64,000 bases of DNA from a virus (lineage: Duplodnaviria; Caudoviricetes), in IMG/VR virus record IMGVR_UViG_2974637922_000001, positions 32,001 through 96,000 of that record. One strand, written 5' to 3'. The position numbers and the translations under genes were made by a program. The notes beneath the pieces are model-generated. The model was given only the letters and a program-made list of their open reading frames with translations. It was not told the DNA's origin and did not search any database. Positions 23,860-36,300 of this stretch are shown piece after piece (within the stretch, counting starts at the first letter, position 1; every line of letters starts with the position of its first letter).

Positions 23860-24020
23860 CTCACCTATATGATATAATCATAGAAGGTCAGGTTATTCAT
23901 AAGGGAGTATGTGAAGAGGAGTTTCTAGATCTTATGGAGATCTTCTCTTCCAACTATTATGAATGTGGGTTCCCCCATCCTGACACCATCTCTCACACAA
24001 TGTATACTAAGGAGAACTAA
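23856..24020 (+). CDS. Small protein, 54 aa, resembling 22514..22705
   Basis: Hand-translated MTHLYDIIIEGQVIHKGVCEEEFLDLME.. Confidence 0.7.
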   Translation: MTHLYDIIIEGQVIHKGVCEEEFLDLMEIFSSNYYECGFPHPDTISHTMYTKEN

Positions 24021-24151
24021 TGTACGGAAACACTAAGACTCAGGATGCGGCAAGACCTAAGAGAACCTCTCAAGGTCGTTCAGCAAACACTAAGATGAGT
24101 GCTACCTCACGAAACTCTCGTAAGAAGCGTTACCGCGGACAAGGTAGATAA
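24020..24151 (+). CDS. Small basic protein, 43 aa (..KKRYRGQGR)
   Basis: Hand-translated; SD AAGGAG; motif recalled from cyanophages. Confidence 0.7.
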   Translation: MYGNTKTQDAARPKRTSQGRSANTKMSATSRNSRKKRYRGQGR

Positions 24152-24158
24152 GATATCT

Positions 24159-24189
24159 AACCACCTCTAAATACTAGGGGTGGTTTTTT
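24159..24189 (+). terminator. Intrinsic terminator with late-promoter-like TCTAAATA in stem/loop
   Basis: AACCACCTCTA-AATAC-TAGGGGTGGTT-TTTT. Confidence 0.75.
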
Positions 24190-24203
24190 AGTGCTATTTC
24201 TTT

Positions 24204-24812
24204 ATGGAAGTGTTGCATGAGTTTTTGAATGTACATCCAGATGACATGTGGGTGTATAACAAACTACAACTTTGTCGTAAGTTGGAGTATATCTGTGGAC
24301 CTCTAGGGGCACCAGTACCCTTTCCTGGTTGGTATATCCTTAAGCCCGCTATAAACTTCCTTGGTATGGGAAGGAACTCAAGAAAGATATGGTTAACTCC
24401 TGAAGATAAGACAGAAAACTTTGGAATACCGGGTGAGTTTTGGTCTGAGTTCTTTGTAGGGGAACATATTAGTATAGATTATCACAAAAGACATCAGATA
24501 TTAACTGTCAAGGGATACCCAGAGGATAAGAAACACATCTCTGAGTGCTCTAGATGGAAGAAGTGGACTAAAGTTGATAGAGAAGTACCATTCCCAGAAG
24601 TATTAGGGGATGTATGGAGGAACTATGCTACTATTAACATTGAATGCATTGGTGGAAATATGATTGAAGCCCATGTTAGGGGTAACCCTGACTTTGTTTG
24701 GGGTAATGAAGAAGCTATTCCAGTGTGGAAAGGTGATAGAATAGATCCACCGGATGGTTATACATATGTCAAGAGTCCAGATTACGAAAGAGTTGGGTTC
24801 TACATCAAGTAA
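24204..24812 (+). CDS. Hypothetical protein, possibly ATP-grasp-like
   Basis: YILKPAINFLGMG, FWSEFF.GEHISID, NIECIGG..IE.H.R. Confidence 0.7.
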   Translation: MEVLHEFLNVHPDDMWVYNKLQLCRKLEYICGPLGAPVPFPGWYILKPAINFLGMGRNSRKIWLTPEDKTENFGIPGEFWSEFFVGEHISIDYHKRHQILTVKGYPEDKKHISECSRWKKWTKVDREVPFPEVLGDVWRNYATINIECIGGNMIEAHVRGNPDFVWGNEEAIPVWKGDRIDPPDGYTYVKSPDYERVGFYIK

Positions 24813-24879
24813 ATAAAGTATCAGGGGATAGAAACCCCCTTAAAAGTTCTATAACTGTTGTTTTTAGGACTATAGTACT

Positions 24880-25017
24880 ATGGGAAGACCAGTAGATCGT
24901 TCAGAAGGAGTTCTTTTAGTCACCGATTATGGTGCTCTTGAGTGGGCGTTGAAGAAAAAGAAGGAAATGTCTAAGAGATGTCCGTCATGTTCTTGTCAGA
25001 CAAAGGCAACTTCCTGA
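24880..25017 (+). CDS. Small protein, 45 aa (PVDRS..LVTDYG)
   Basis: Hand-translated. Confidence 0.55.
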   Translation: MGRPVDRSEGVLLVTDYGALEWALKKKKEMSKRCPSCSCQTKATS

Positions 25018-25023
25018 TAATAC

Positions 25024-25041
25024 ACTAAATACAACTAAATA
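25024..25041 (+). promoter_or_regulatory. Tandem late-promoter-like boxes
   Basis: ACTAAATA twice, upstream of gp25. Confidence 0.65.
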
Positions 25042-25051
25042 CGCAACAATA

Positions 25052-25456
25052 ATGGCAGAAGTCACACGTATTTCTAGGGCATTTAAGGACATTAGTCTCT
25101 CGTTCAAACCTCATCCGGTTACGGGAGATATTTCTGTGCTCAAAAACGAGAGAGCGATCAACAAATCTGTACAGAATATCGTCGAAACCATTCCTGGTGA
25201 GAAGTTTTTCAATCCTAACTTTGGTTCTGACGTTAGATCAATGCTTTTTGAGTTAGTTGACTTTGGTAGTTCCGCATTAATTGAGGATCAGATCCTAACT
25301 TCCATTAATAACTACGAACCAAGAGTTAATAAAGTAAAAGTATCGGTAGATCCGAGACCTGATACTAATGAATTCGAGGTTACTGTTAATTATGAAATCA
25401 TAGGACAACCATTTCCTTCCCAAACATTCACATTCATCTTAGAGGCAACTAGGTAA
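25052..25456 (+). CDS. gp25: Baseplate wedge subunit
   Basis: FKDISLSF..HP, T.PGE.FF.P.FGS, NYEPRV. Confidence 0.95.
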   Translation: MAEVTRISRAFKDISLSFKPHPVTGDISVLKNERAINKSVQNIVETIPGEKFFNPNFGSDVRSMLFELVDFGSSALIEDQILTSINNYEPRVNKVKVSVDPRPDTNEFEVTVNYEIIGQPFPSQTFTFILEATR

Positions 25457-27381
25457 TGGCATTTACTAAGTTCACTAACCTAGATTACGACCAGATTAAG
25501 GCGTCTATTAAGGATTATCTAAGAGCAAACTCAGATTTCACTGGGTTTGACTTTGATGGTTCTAACTTTTCTGTGCTAATTGATACTTTAGCATACAACG
25601 CCTACATCAACTCAGTAAATGCCAACATGATTGTCAATGAATCCTTTTTGGATTCAGCAGTCGTTAGGAGAAACGTGGTTTCTCTTGCTGGAAATATCGG
25701 ATATCTACCAAGATCAAAGAAAGCAGCACAAGCAAAGATTACACTTACTATTGCAACCGCCTCAGATACTCCTACGCTCACCCTGAAGGCGGGTTTAGTG
25801 TGTGTTGGGGCACAAGATAACACAAACTATGTGTTCTCCATTCCAGAGGATATTACGACACTAGTAAATGATGGGGTTGCTCAGTTTGGAACTACTGAAG
25901 ATCCCATTACTGTCTACCAAGGAACATATTTACAGAACTCCTTTACCTATGATGGGTCCTTAGATCAGAGATTCATCATTACCAACTCCAATATGGACTA
26001 CAGTACCCTTGTGGTGCGTGTTAAAGATCAAAATGAACAGACTCCTGGTAAAGTCTGGAACAGAGTAGAGAATATTATCAAGATCAATAGGGATAGTGAG
26101 ATATATTTCTTAGCAGAAGTTGAAAAGGAGTACTATGAACTCCTATTTGGTGATGGAATCTTTGGTAAGAAGCTAAAACAGGGACAACAACCTGTTGCAA
26201 GTTACATTTTGACTGATGGGTTGGCAGGAAATGGACCTTCTAAGTTCAGTTATTCGGGTTCTGTGGTTAGTTCGACTGGTGGAGTGATAATCCCTACCAA
26301 TACCATCGATATAACCACTGTAGAGAGTGCTAGGAATGGTGCAAATATTGAATCTGTTGACTCTGTAAGGTATTATGCACCCAAACTCTATGGTGCTCAG
26401 TATAGAAGTGTAACTGCTCGTGATTACGAGGGTATTATTAAGGAAATTTACCCAAATACGGAGTCTGTCTCTGTTGTTGGTGGTGAAGAACTCGATCCAC
26501 CCCAGTTTGGTAACGTTTTAATCAGTATCAAACCGGTAAATGGTACCGAAGTCTCTGATTTTGACAAAAAGAACATATTGGAGGGGTTGAAACAGTACAC
26601 AATCGCTGGAATCAACCAACAACTAGTGGATCTTAAGATTCTATTCGTCGAATTGGACTCTTATGTCTATTATGATGTAACTAAAGTGGCATCTGCTGAC
26701 TCTTTGAAGACAGAAGTCATTGGTTCACTCAATACTTACGCAAAATCAGTCGATCTTAACAAGTTTGGCGGTAGATTCAAGTATTCGAAGGCACAGAAGG
26801 TAATTGACGACACCAGTATCGCTGTTACCTCCAATATTACTCGTGTTGTTATCCGTAGAAACCTATCTGCAGCGATTGGGCAGTTTGCACAGTATGAATT
26901 GTGCTTTGGTAACGGTTTTCACATCAAAGCATCAGGTGGAAACATCAAAACCACTGGTTTCCGCATTACTGGGTTGAATGATGTTGTATATTTAACAGAT
27001 ACACCAAATAAAGATGCAAATGGAAATGTAGATAACTCAGGGAAGGGTAAGATTTCCGTAATTACTGGAATTGCCGATGATAATGGTAGTTTCCGATATA
27101 CTGTTGTTATTGATAAGGCAGGAACAGTGGATTATACAAAAGGAGAGATAATGTTGAACACTTTACAGATAAGTTCTACTGTTAAACCCAATAGAATTGT
27201 TGAAGTACAGGCATACCCAACATCTAATGATATTATTGGTTTGAAGGACCTTTATGTGTCACTAGCTGTTCCTGATAGTGAGATAAATATGGTTAAGGAT
27301 ACTATTACCAGTGGTGAGCAAATCTCTGGTGTAGGATTCAAAGTAACCTCCAGTTACGGCAACGGCAAGTTAACACGGTAA
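25456..27381 (+). CDS. gp6: Baseplate wedge subunit
   Basis: LDYDQIK..DFDGSN..ESFLDSA; RSVTARDY. Confidence 0.95.
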   Translation: MAFTKFTNLDYDQIKASIKDYLRANSDFTGFDFDGSNFSVLIDTLAYNAYINSVNANMIVNESFLDSAVVRRNVVSLAGNIGYLPRSKKAAQAKITLTIATASDTPTLTLKAGLVCVGAQDNTNYVFSIPEDITTLVNDGVAQFGTTEDPITVYQGTYLQNSFTYDGSLDQRFIITNSNMDYSTLVVRVKDQNEQTPGKVWNRVENIIKINRDSEIYFLAEVEKEYYELLFGDGIFGKKLKQGQQPVASYILTDGLAGNGPSKFSYSGSVVSSTGGVIIPTNTIDITTVESARNGANIESVDSVRYYAPKLYGAQYRSVTARDYEGIIKEIYPNTESVSVVGGEELDPPQFGNVLISIKPVNGTEVSDFDKKNILEGLKQYTIAGINQQLVDLKILFVELDSYVYYDVTKVASADSLKTEVIGSLNTYAKSVDLNKFGGRFKYSKAQKVIDDTSIAVTSNITRVVIRRNLSAAIGQFAQYELCFGNGFHIKASGGNIKTTGFRITGLNDVVYLTDTPNKDANGNVDNSGKGKISVITGIADDNGSFRYTVVIDKAGTVDYTKGEIMLNTLQISSTVKPNRIVEVQAYPTSNDIIGLKDLYVSLAVPDSEINMVKDTITSGEQISGVGFKVTSSYGNGKLTR

Positions 27382-27393
27382 TAGGTATTAAAC

Positions 27394-30300
27394 ATGATCG
27401 GTACTGAGCTAGGTATTGACGTGAGAGTTAAGATTCAGGATGTGGTTTCCTCACAACTTCCTGATTATATTTTAAGTGAAGCTCCACTCACCGACGATTT
27501 TCTAAAACAGTTTTACATATCTCAGGAATACCAAGGCGGTACTGTAGATTTTGCGTCAAACCTAGATCAATACCTCTCTCTGACAACACTTGGCAGTGAG
27601 AATCTTTATACTGCCTTTGAACTTACACAAGATGTAAGTATTGATGATACTATTATTCATGTTAATACTACAAGTACCTTCCCCAACGAATGGGGTCTTT
27701 TAAAGATTGATGATGAGATTGTCACCTATACCGGTCTCACCACAAACACCTTCACTGGAGTTGTAAGAGGTTTCAGTGGTATTTCTAGTTACAGAGATTC
27801 TGATAATCCTTCCGAACTTGTATTTGAAACCACAACCGCTGCCACTCACACTACAGAAACCAATGTTGAGAATCTATCAACACTCTTCCTAAAGAATTTC
27901 TACGACAAACTCAAGTATACCTTTGCTCCTGGTTTTGAGAACCTAGAGTTCAATAGTGAAGTTAGTGTTGGTCAGTGGATTCGTCAGGCAAGATCATTCT
28001 ACCAATCTAAGGGTAGTGAAGAGTCCTTCAAGATTCTATTCAGAGTATTATATGGTGAAGATCCTCTAGTTATTGATCTAGAGCAGTTCCTTATCAAACC
28101 TTCCCAAGCAGAGTACTCTAGAAGGGACTATGCGGTTGCTATTCCAGTCAGTGGTAACCCTATAACCCTCAAGGGTAAGACAGTGTATCAGAGTGATGCA
28201 GAGGACGTGTTTGGTGCCATCTCAGAGATTGAGACATTTACTAGAGATAACAAATTATATTACAGAATCTACTTCTTTGTTAGTAATGATGAAATTGCTA
28301 ATGAGAGAAAACTATTCACTATCCCTGGTAGATCAAGAACACAGAGAGGATGGAATCAGGGTGACACTACAATCACTGTAGATACTACTCTTGGGTTTAG
28401 GGATAACAACGAGTTTATCACTGAAGATGGAACTAAGTTTACATACTTGGAGAGAACTGTTAACCAGTTTCTAGGTGTTGAATGTAGTGATACAGAGAAA
28501 ACACTAGGTGTTAATGAAGATATCATTGATGATATTACTATCTTTGGTATTAATGATGCTGGTGAGACTGTCTCATTACGTATGACTGGTGTTATCTCTG
28601 ATATTGAGTTCCCCGATGAAGTCCCATTCACTACACCTGGGGAGAAGATATCTGTAGATACCTTAGGTGAGAATATCATCTCTGCTGATGTAACTAGAAG
28701 TGAGCCTACACAGAGACAGATCATTGCTAATAGTTTCATCTATAACACTTCAGTAAGAATGGAAGTAGATGAACTCAATGGTTCTGATTTCCAAATCAAT
28801 ACTGCCTACTTAGATAAAGCTTTCATTTCTCCTGGTGACTCTGTTGATATTCTCCAAAGAGGCTCGCAGCTTGTCTATGTCGCTAATCGCAAAGTAACCT
28901 CAGTTGACTATCTCAATAGTATTATAACAATCAATTACTCATTTGGCATCCCTTTAGATCAATCACTTGATATCAGAAGGAATCAGAACTATGCAAAGAG
29001 TAGCACTACAGATATTGAGTATGGTCAGAACTCTGTTCTATCCAATGTTCTGAACCTTTATGATGCAACAGAGTTTGATGGTAACTTCTATGTTGCAACT
29101 AACTCCCTACCTTCCTATGATATGGAAGTTAAAGTTGTTGAGAGTATCCTCACTGGAATCACTACTTCTAACTTTGAAGGATATAACTCATTCACTGATC
29201 AGTATTCAACAATTATCTTTGATTCTGCCACTTCATTCATAACTGGTGATCTAATTTCATATAGAGTTATCTCAGTAGAAAGAACAGGTATTCCCCTTAT
29301 CACTGAAGGTGAATACTTTGTAGAGGTTCTCAGCAACCCCAGAAAGATTAAACTATATGTATCACCTTCCTTTATTGGAAGTGATAACTTTGTTGGATTC
29401 GTATATAACGATGCAGTAGGTGCTCATGCATTCACTCTAGAGGAACAGAAAGATAGAAGAATCAATACTAAGAATGTATTCAAGAAGATTCCCTTCACAG
29501 CAACCAAACAGAATATCACTATCCCTAGAACACCCGATGTAACCCCCTCAGGTTCCCCTGTGGCAGTTCTTACTAATGGTGTAGAGGTATTGTCATATAA
29601 GTCACCAGATAAGGTGTTCTTGGGTCCTTTAGAAGAAGTTGTTCCTGTTGCTTCTGGTGAGGGTTATAGTGTTATTGGACCACCCAATATCCTAATCACA
29701 CCACCTAATATTCAAGTTACAGATCCAACTGGTATTCCTACTGATGGTGGTGTTGCTAGAGTATCACCAGTTATCTCTGGTAGGTTGAAGAAGATCTATA
29801 TCGATCCACAAGACTTTGATATTGAGGAAGTATTCTCAATCACTGTTGTTGGTGGTAACAGTCGTGGTGCCACAGCAAAACCACAGATTTCTAAGAGAAC
29901 TCGTTCTATCCCCTTTGATACGAGACTTGATATCTACGGTGGTGGTATTAATCCAAATGAAGAGACCATCCTATTCTTAACTGAACACAAACTCGCCAAG
30001 GGTGATGCAATTATCTACGAAAACAACGATACACAAAGTATTGGTGTTAACGTTGCTGGTGGTAGTAACATCTATAATGGCCAGACACTATCTAACGGTG
30101 CTGTGTATTTTGCAGAACCCCTTAATAATGTAACCATTAAGATCTATGAGACTCTAGAAGATTTGAACTTGGGTATCAATACCGTTGGGTTCACTTCAAG
30201 TCAAACTGGGTTTGGTGTTCAGGACTTTACTACTATTCCTAGAAACCAACTCACTGGTGCTTTCATCACAGATGATGGTGGTGAGTTTGTATATCGTAAG

Positions 30301-33300
30301 ATGGAGTTCCAACCAGAGAACATCTATCCTGAGTATGATGAGTTGAGATACGACGGTCATGGTTTCTCCAGTGGTGATTTGGTGGAGTATGGAACCTTTG
30401 GTTCTGTTGTTGGTGGTCTATCTACTGAGAAGCAATACTATGTTGATGCTTTAGATGAAAATATCATCAAACTATCTGATGCCGGTATTGGTGGAACAAG
30501 TAGGTTTGACTATGATAGGAAGGACTATGTTGATTTCACCAACATTGGTGTTGGAACACAGTTTATCAAGTATCCTGATGTCACTGTCAATGTTGTAGTA
30601 TCCTATGCCTCGTCTATCACTGGTATCATTACAGCAACACCTATTATCCGCGGTGGTATTATTCAAACATATGTTGAGACTGGAGGATACTATGGTTCTG
30701 ATATTCTCAACTTTGCCAAGACACCAGAAGTAACAGTTCAGACTGGTGAAGGTGCTAGAATCAAACCAGTTATTGTTAATGGTAAGGTTACCACAGTTCA
30801 GATTCTAAGTAAGGGTATCAACTACCCACCCACACCAGATATTCGTGTTATTGATAAGTCCCGTAAAGGTGCTGGTGCTCTTCTTCGCCCAGTAGTTATT
30901 GATGGTGTTATCCAGAGTGTTGTTGTTATTAGCACTGGTGAAAACTATGATCCATTGAATACTGATATTACAGTAATTGATCCTGCTAGACGATGTATTC
31001 TTGTTCCTAGAATTACACCTCTCACAGTTAATACCTTTGCTAGATTTGGATTCGAAGGTCTATCTAATAATGACTACTCGGTTGTTGCCTATGACAGAAA
31101 GATTCGTGAGGATGTATATGGTGACCTAGGTGCTTCCCACTCACCCATCATTGGTTGGGCAAACGATGGTAACCCCATCTATGGTGGTTTTGGTTTCGAT
31201 GATCCAGAGAACTCCAGTTCTGGTTTCCGGGCGATGAGAACTTCCTATGAACTCTTCCCTGGTGAGATCTATGGTCGTCCCCCACTAACACTATATCCTG
31301 CTGGTTCTTTTGTTGAGGACTACAAGTTTACAGATAATGGTGATCTAGACATCTATAATGGTAGGTATGGTAGAACTCCTGAGTACCCTAATGGTGTGTA
31401 TGCATACTTCGCTGGTATCTCCACTGATACTCAGTCACTAGCAAGAGAACCACAATTCCCTTACTTCATTGGTCCTGAGTTTAGGGATGGATTGGGTATT
31501 CAAGATAATACTGTATCCCAAGATTTTGATATTAATAATAAGGATATTTTCCGTAATACTTTCCCATATGCCGTAGGTAACCCTATTATCGGCAGTGAGT
31601 TCCTAGATCAATCATACTTAGAGGATACTCAGGATTCTATTATACAATCTATCAATAATGGTACTGTTGATAACTTAACCATCGTTGGTGCTGGTGTTAG
31701 TTACTCTGTTGGTGATATTGTTAATTTTGATGATACTTTCGACTACATTAGTGTAGTTGTAGATCAGGTAGATGGTCCCGAGGTAACACAGATTCAAACT
31801 CTCATCAAGAGTTATGGTAAAGCAGAAACCAAAGTCATTAAAGTTGATAACACAACTGTTCGTGTTTATGTTGATCCCTTCCACGAGTATCTTGATGGAG
31901 ATAAAGTTGTAATTAGTGGTCTATCAACAAACACAGATCAACTCAACGGGACTCATGAGATTAACTTCATGAGGGAGCAAATGACAATGTTTGCTCCTAT
32001 TCCTCCTACTTTGTTTGAGACAGTATCTGATATCTTTGTCAATACTATTTCAGATAAGGTTTCTGTTGGTTCTAGTATTACTGTTGGTCTTGGCACTCTA
32101 TCGGAGGATATGGAAGTTATCAACATCTTCCCTATTAATAAGGCACTTCGGGTTAAGAGACCAGTAGGTTATGGTTTCACACACCCAATTGGTGATGCTG
32201 TTAACATTGCTCCTAATTACTTTGATATTAAGAAGAATGTAGATTCATTCCCGTCTGAGATTGATGTTGAGTACTACTTCAACCCACACCAAACAGTGGC
32301 AGTTGGATTGGAGACTGGTGTAAGTGTTGGTTTGGTGTATTCAATTGGTACTATCGATAAGAATATCTCAGTACAGACTCAAAGAATATATGCACCATCC
32401 CATGGTTTCAGAACTGGTGAGGAGATTACTTTTGAGAAGAATGATACTGATACTGCATTAGTTGTAACAGACGGTAGTACTGTATATACACTACCTGGTG
32501 TAGGTAATACAAGTAACGCATATGTTGTATCACTATCCAAAAACTATATTGGTATTAGAACAGTAACAGATGGTCCTGATCTATTCTTCTCTACTGATGG
32601 TTCCGATTCTCCTCTATATTCTATTAAGACTAATCGTTTCGCTGAGACTGCATTAGTAGATAGAATTCAGGCAGAAGTTAAAACGAAAACGGATCATAGG
32701 TTGGGGAATGACGATCAGATATTTACTGATGTTATTTCTTCTGGAAAATCAGGTGTAGGTACTAACCCCAACATCAAACTTGAGTTCGATGATTCATCAC
32801 AATCACTTATTGTAGATCCATACTTCACACAACCTAGTGATATTGATACGGTTAATAACCTAATTAATATCAATAACCACGGTTATACTAATGGGGATAT
32901 TGTTCTATATCAAAACTATGGAAGTTCTATTGGTGGTTTAACAACTCATCACAAATATTACACTATTCCCTTTGATAGGGATAAGTTCTATGTTGCTGAA
33001 ACATTTGTTGATGTAAGACCCGGAACTAAACTACCTGTGAATCTAACTTCTGTTGGTATTGGTTCCCATAAGTTCTCCAAGGTCAATCCACCACTACTCA
33101 TCACTAATAATAATGATATTGAGTTTGATGTGTCATCACCAACTCTATTTGGTAAAACACTAGAATTCTTCTTTGATCGGACTCTAACTGAAATATTTGA
33201 TAATAACAGTATAGACAATGTATTTGTTGTTTCTGGTGTATCTACTGAGGGATATGAGGATGCTAGGAAGTCTATTAGATACTCTGATAACAATCCAGAT

Positions 33301-36300
33301 GTATTCTTCTATGGTATTACTGAAGGTGGTTATATTTCCACTGCAGATACTGAAGTATCTAGAAACAACTCTATTAGATATGAGGCAAGTGAGTACGCAA
33401 TTGAAGGTAGAGTAACCGTTATAGACGATAGCACCTTTACCTATACACTCAATACTATTCCCGAGAAGCCACTATACACTAATCCTGATACACAACTCTC
33501 ATACAAGACTTCCTCTAGTACTGCTCTAGGTGGTGTTGGTAGATTGAATATCATCTTCAGTGGTAATAACTTCCCAGCTCTACCTGAGTTTGAGGGTATT
33601 CAAACTGAGTATGGGCAGAACGCAACTATCAGAGCAGAGTCTGATGATATTGGAACACTTGCTTCCTTCAGAATCCAGAACGCTGGTTGGGATTACTCCG
33701 CTGATAATACACTTCGCCCCTTTGGTGTTATTCAACCAACCATTAGATTTGATAATAGTGACTTTGTTACTGAGGTTACTGTTCTTGATGGTGGTAATGG
33801 ATATCAGAACCCCCCTAATGCTGTTCTAGTAGACTCTGTAACAAGAGAAGTAGTAGATAATGGATCTATCATCCTAGAGGTACAATCATCCACCATCACA
33901 GATGTTATTGTTGAGGTTGCTCCTTCTGGTTTATCCAAGGATCTCCAAGAACTATGGACTGTCAATAATAGTAATGGTATTCCTATCCTACTAATTGGTA
34001 ACATTGATAATGTTGCTGGTGTAGTTACATATACAGTACAGACTCCTATTGAGGGTTATGCAACACCACCATTCTCAGTTGGTGATAGAGTATTTGTTGA
34101 GAATATTCTAGTAGATCAAGATGCTCCCCCCTCTAAACTCAATTCTGGTGATTATGGGTATCAGTTCTTGGAAGTTGTTGCCGTAACACCAACAAACCCA
34201 ATCACTATTGGTATTCAGTATCCTGAAGAAGCTATTGGTAACCTAGGTTATGGTGTTACTTTCCAACAGGCTTTCTCTGGTATTGTTAACGAGGATATCT
34301 ATCCTAAGTTTGCAGTACAACAGACAACTGCAGTCTTCCTAGAGGGTGAGAGACTTTCTATCTTTGATTCCTTTGGTAATCTTGATGAGACTGACCTAGT
34401 TGTGGAAGAGTCCAACACTAGTTTCTTTAAAGTTACTGGAAACTATGATTTATTGGTTGGTGATGTACTCAAGGGTAACAATAGTGGTGTTATTTTAACT
34501 GTTACTGAAATTGACAGTAGTAGTTGTAGATATCTAGTTGATTCTATCTCCAGAATCAACACTGGTTGGAACGATAAGACAGGTTTCCTTAATGAGGAGA
34601 CACAGAACCTACCAGATAACGATTACTATCAGAATCTATCTTACTCCATTAAGAGTACAATTAACTTCGAGGAACTTATCAACCCAGTCAATAGATTGGT
34701 ACATCCTTCTGGTCTAAAGAACTTCTCTGATACCAAGATTGAGTCCATTGGTGATATTGGTGTTGGTAGTAGTGAGAGCTCTGAGTCAACAGTTACTATT
34801 GACTTTATTGGTCTAACTGATATAGCAGAAACTCCACTGAGAGTTGATCGCATCAATGTATTCGACTTGGGTTGGGATGCCAATGTCAATAACAACAGAT
34901 CTAACGCCATTAGACTTCAGAGTAGAACTCCTAACAAGAGACTAACTGACTATATCGAAGTTCGTACTAACAGAGTATTGATGCATGACGACATCAGTAA
35001 CGAGTTTATTGACTCAGATAACGCCTCTTCCAAGTCCCCCTATAGTGAGTTCAATATTATCACTGGTGAGTATACCAGAGGATTGGTTCAGGCAAGAAAT
35101 CCCTTCACCGATCAAGTTCAATTCACTGAGATTATTGTTTTATCAGTTGATAACAGTGCCTTCACTTTACAGAAGGCGAGTATCTCTGATAATGATCTTG
35201 GTTATGGTATCTTTGAGGGTAGATCTTTAGCTAGTAGTGAATATCAAATGAGATTCACTCCCTTCAACACAGATGATTTTGATATTGACCTAAAACTACT
35301 ATCCCATAAGTTTATCTTTAGTGGTGAGTCAGCTGAAGAGATTGGATATGTAAACCTAGCCGGTAATACACTATCTACACCAGACGCTGCTAGTACTCAA
35401 ATATATGGAGCTAGTAATAGTAATAATAGAGCAGTTGTTGTTCACGCAAATATTACCACAATTGATGGTCTTCTTTATTACTATGAGATATATGCTTTTA
35501 CTGATGGTACTGATGTATACTATGCACCTTATGGTTATAGTAGTGATGTACTAAAGGGTTTCAATAGTGAGTTGGATGGTGATTTTAACGCCACACTACA
35601 AGGTGGTAAGTTGGCAATCTACTTCACTAATAATACTGGTGGTCCAGTTAGTATCACCACCAAGTCTATTGAGTTCAAGCAGTCTTTCAGTGGAACATCA
35701 CCTTATAGATTTAAGAAAAATAATGTTCCTGATACTGAAGAAAGAAGTATTATTCTAGACTCAGTATCCACTGCGGGTGTTAGTACACAAACCACTGAGG
35801 TATTCAGATACGACACCACTCTATTCCAGAGTGTTAGATCTATCGTTCATATCTCTGGTACGGATGTTGGTGCCATTCATCAGGTAATGACTATCAATAG
35901 TGATGGTTCTACTTATTGTGAAGTGTATCCTTTCATTACTGAGGGTGATGAGGTAGATTCTACTTCTGGTATTGGTACCTTTGGTTCATCAATTGATGGA
36001 ACTGATATGGTTCTAACTTTCTATCCAGATGCAGCTATTGGAAGTCAGGCACTAACTCTCACCTCCTATAACGAAACATTCTATAGAGAATTGGATGAAG
36101 TTAACTACACATTCGGTAGACCATTAGTTTATTCTGAGAGTGAGGAGAACTACTACCTAGAGAGGTATATTGCTCCTCTAGGTTTGAGAAACAACCTACT
36201 TAGATTCCCTCTGACATACGAAGGTATTCCCATCTATGAGAAGGCATTTGATCCAGCAACTACAATTAGCATAAACAACGGTAATTTGACATTGTTCAAC

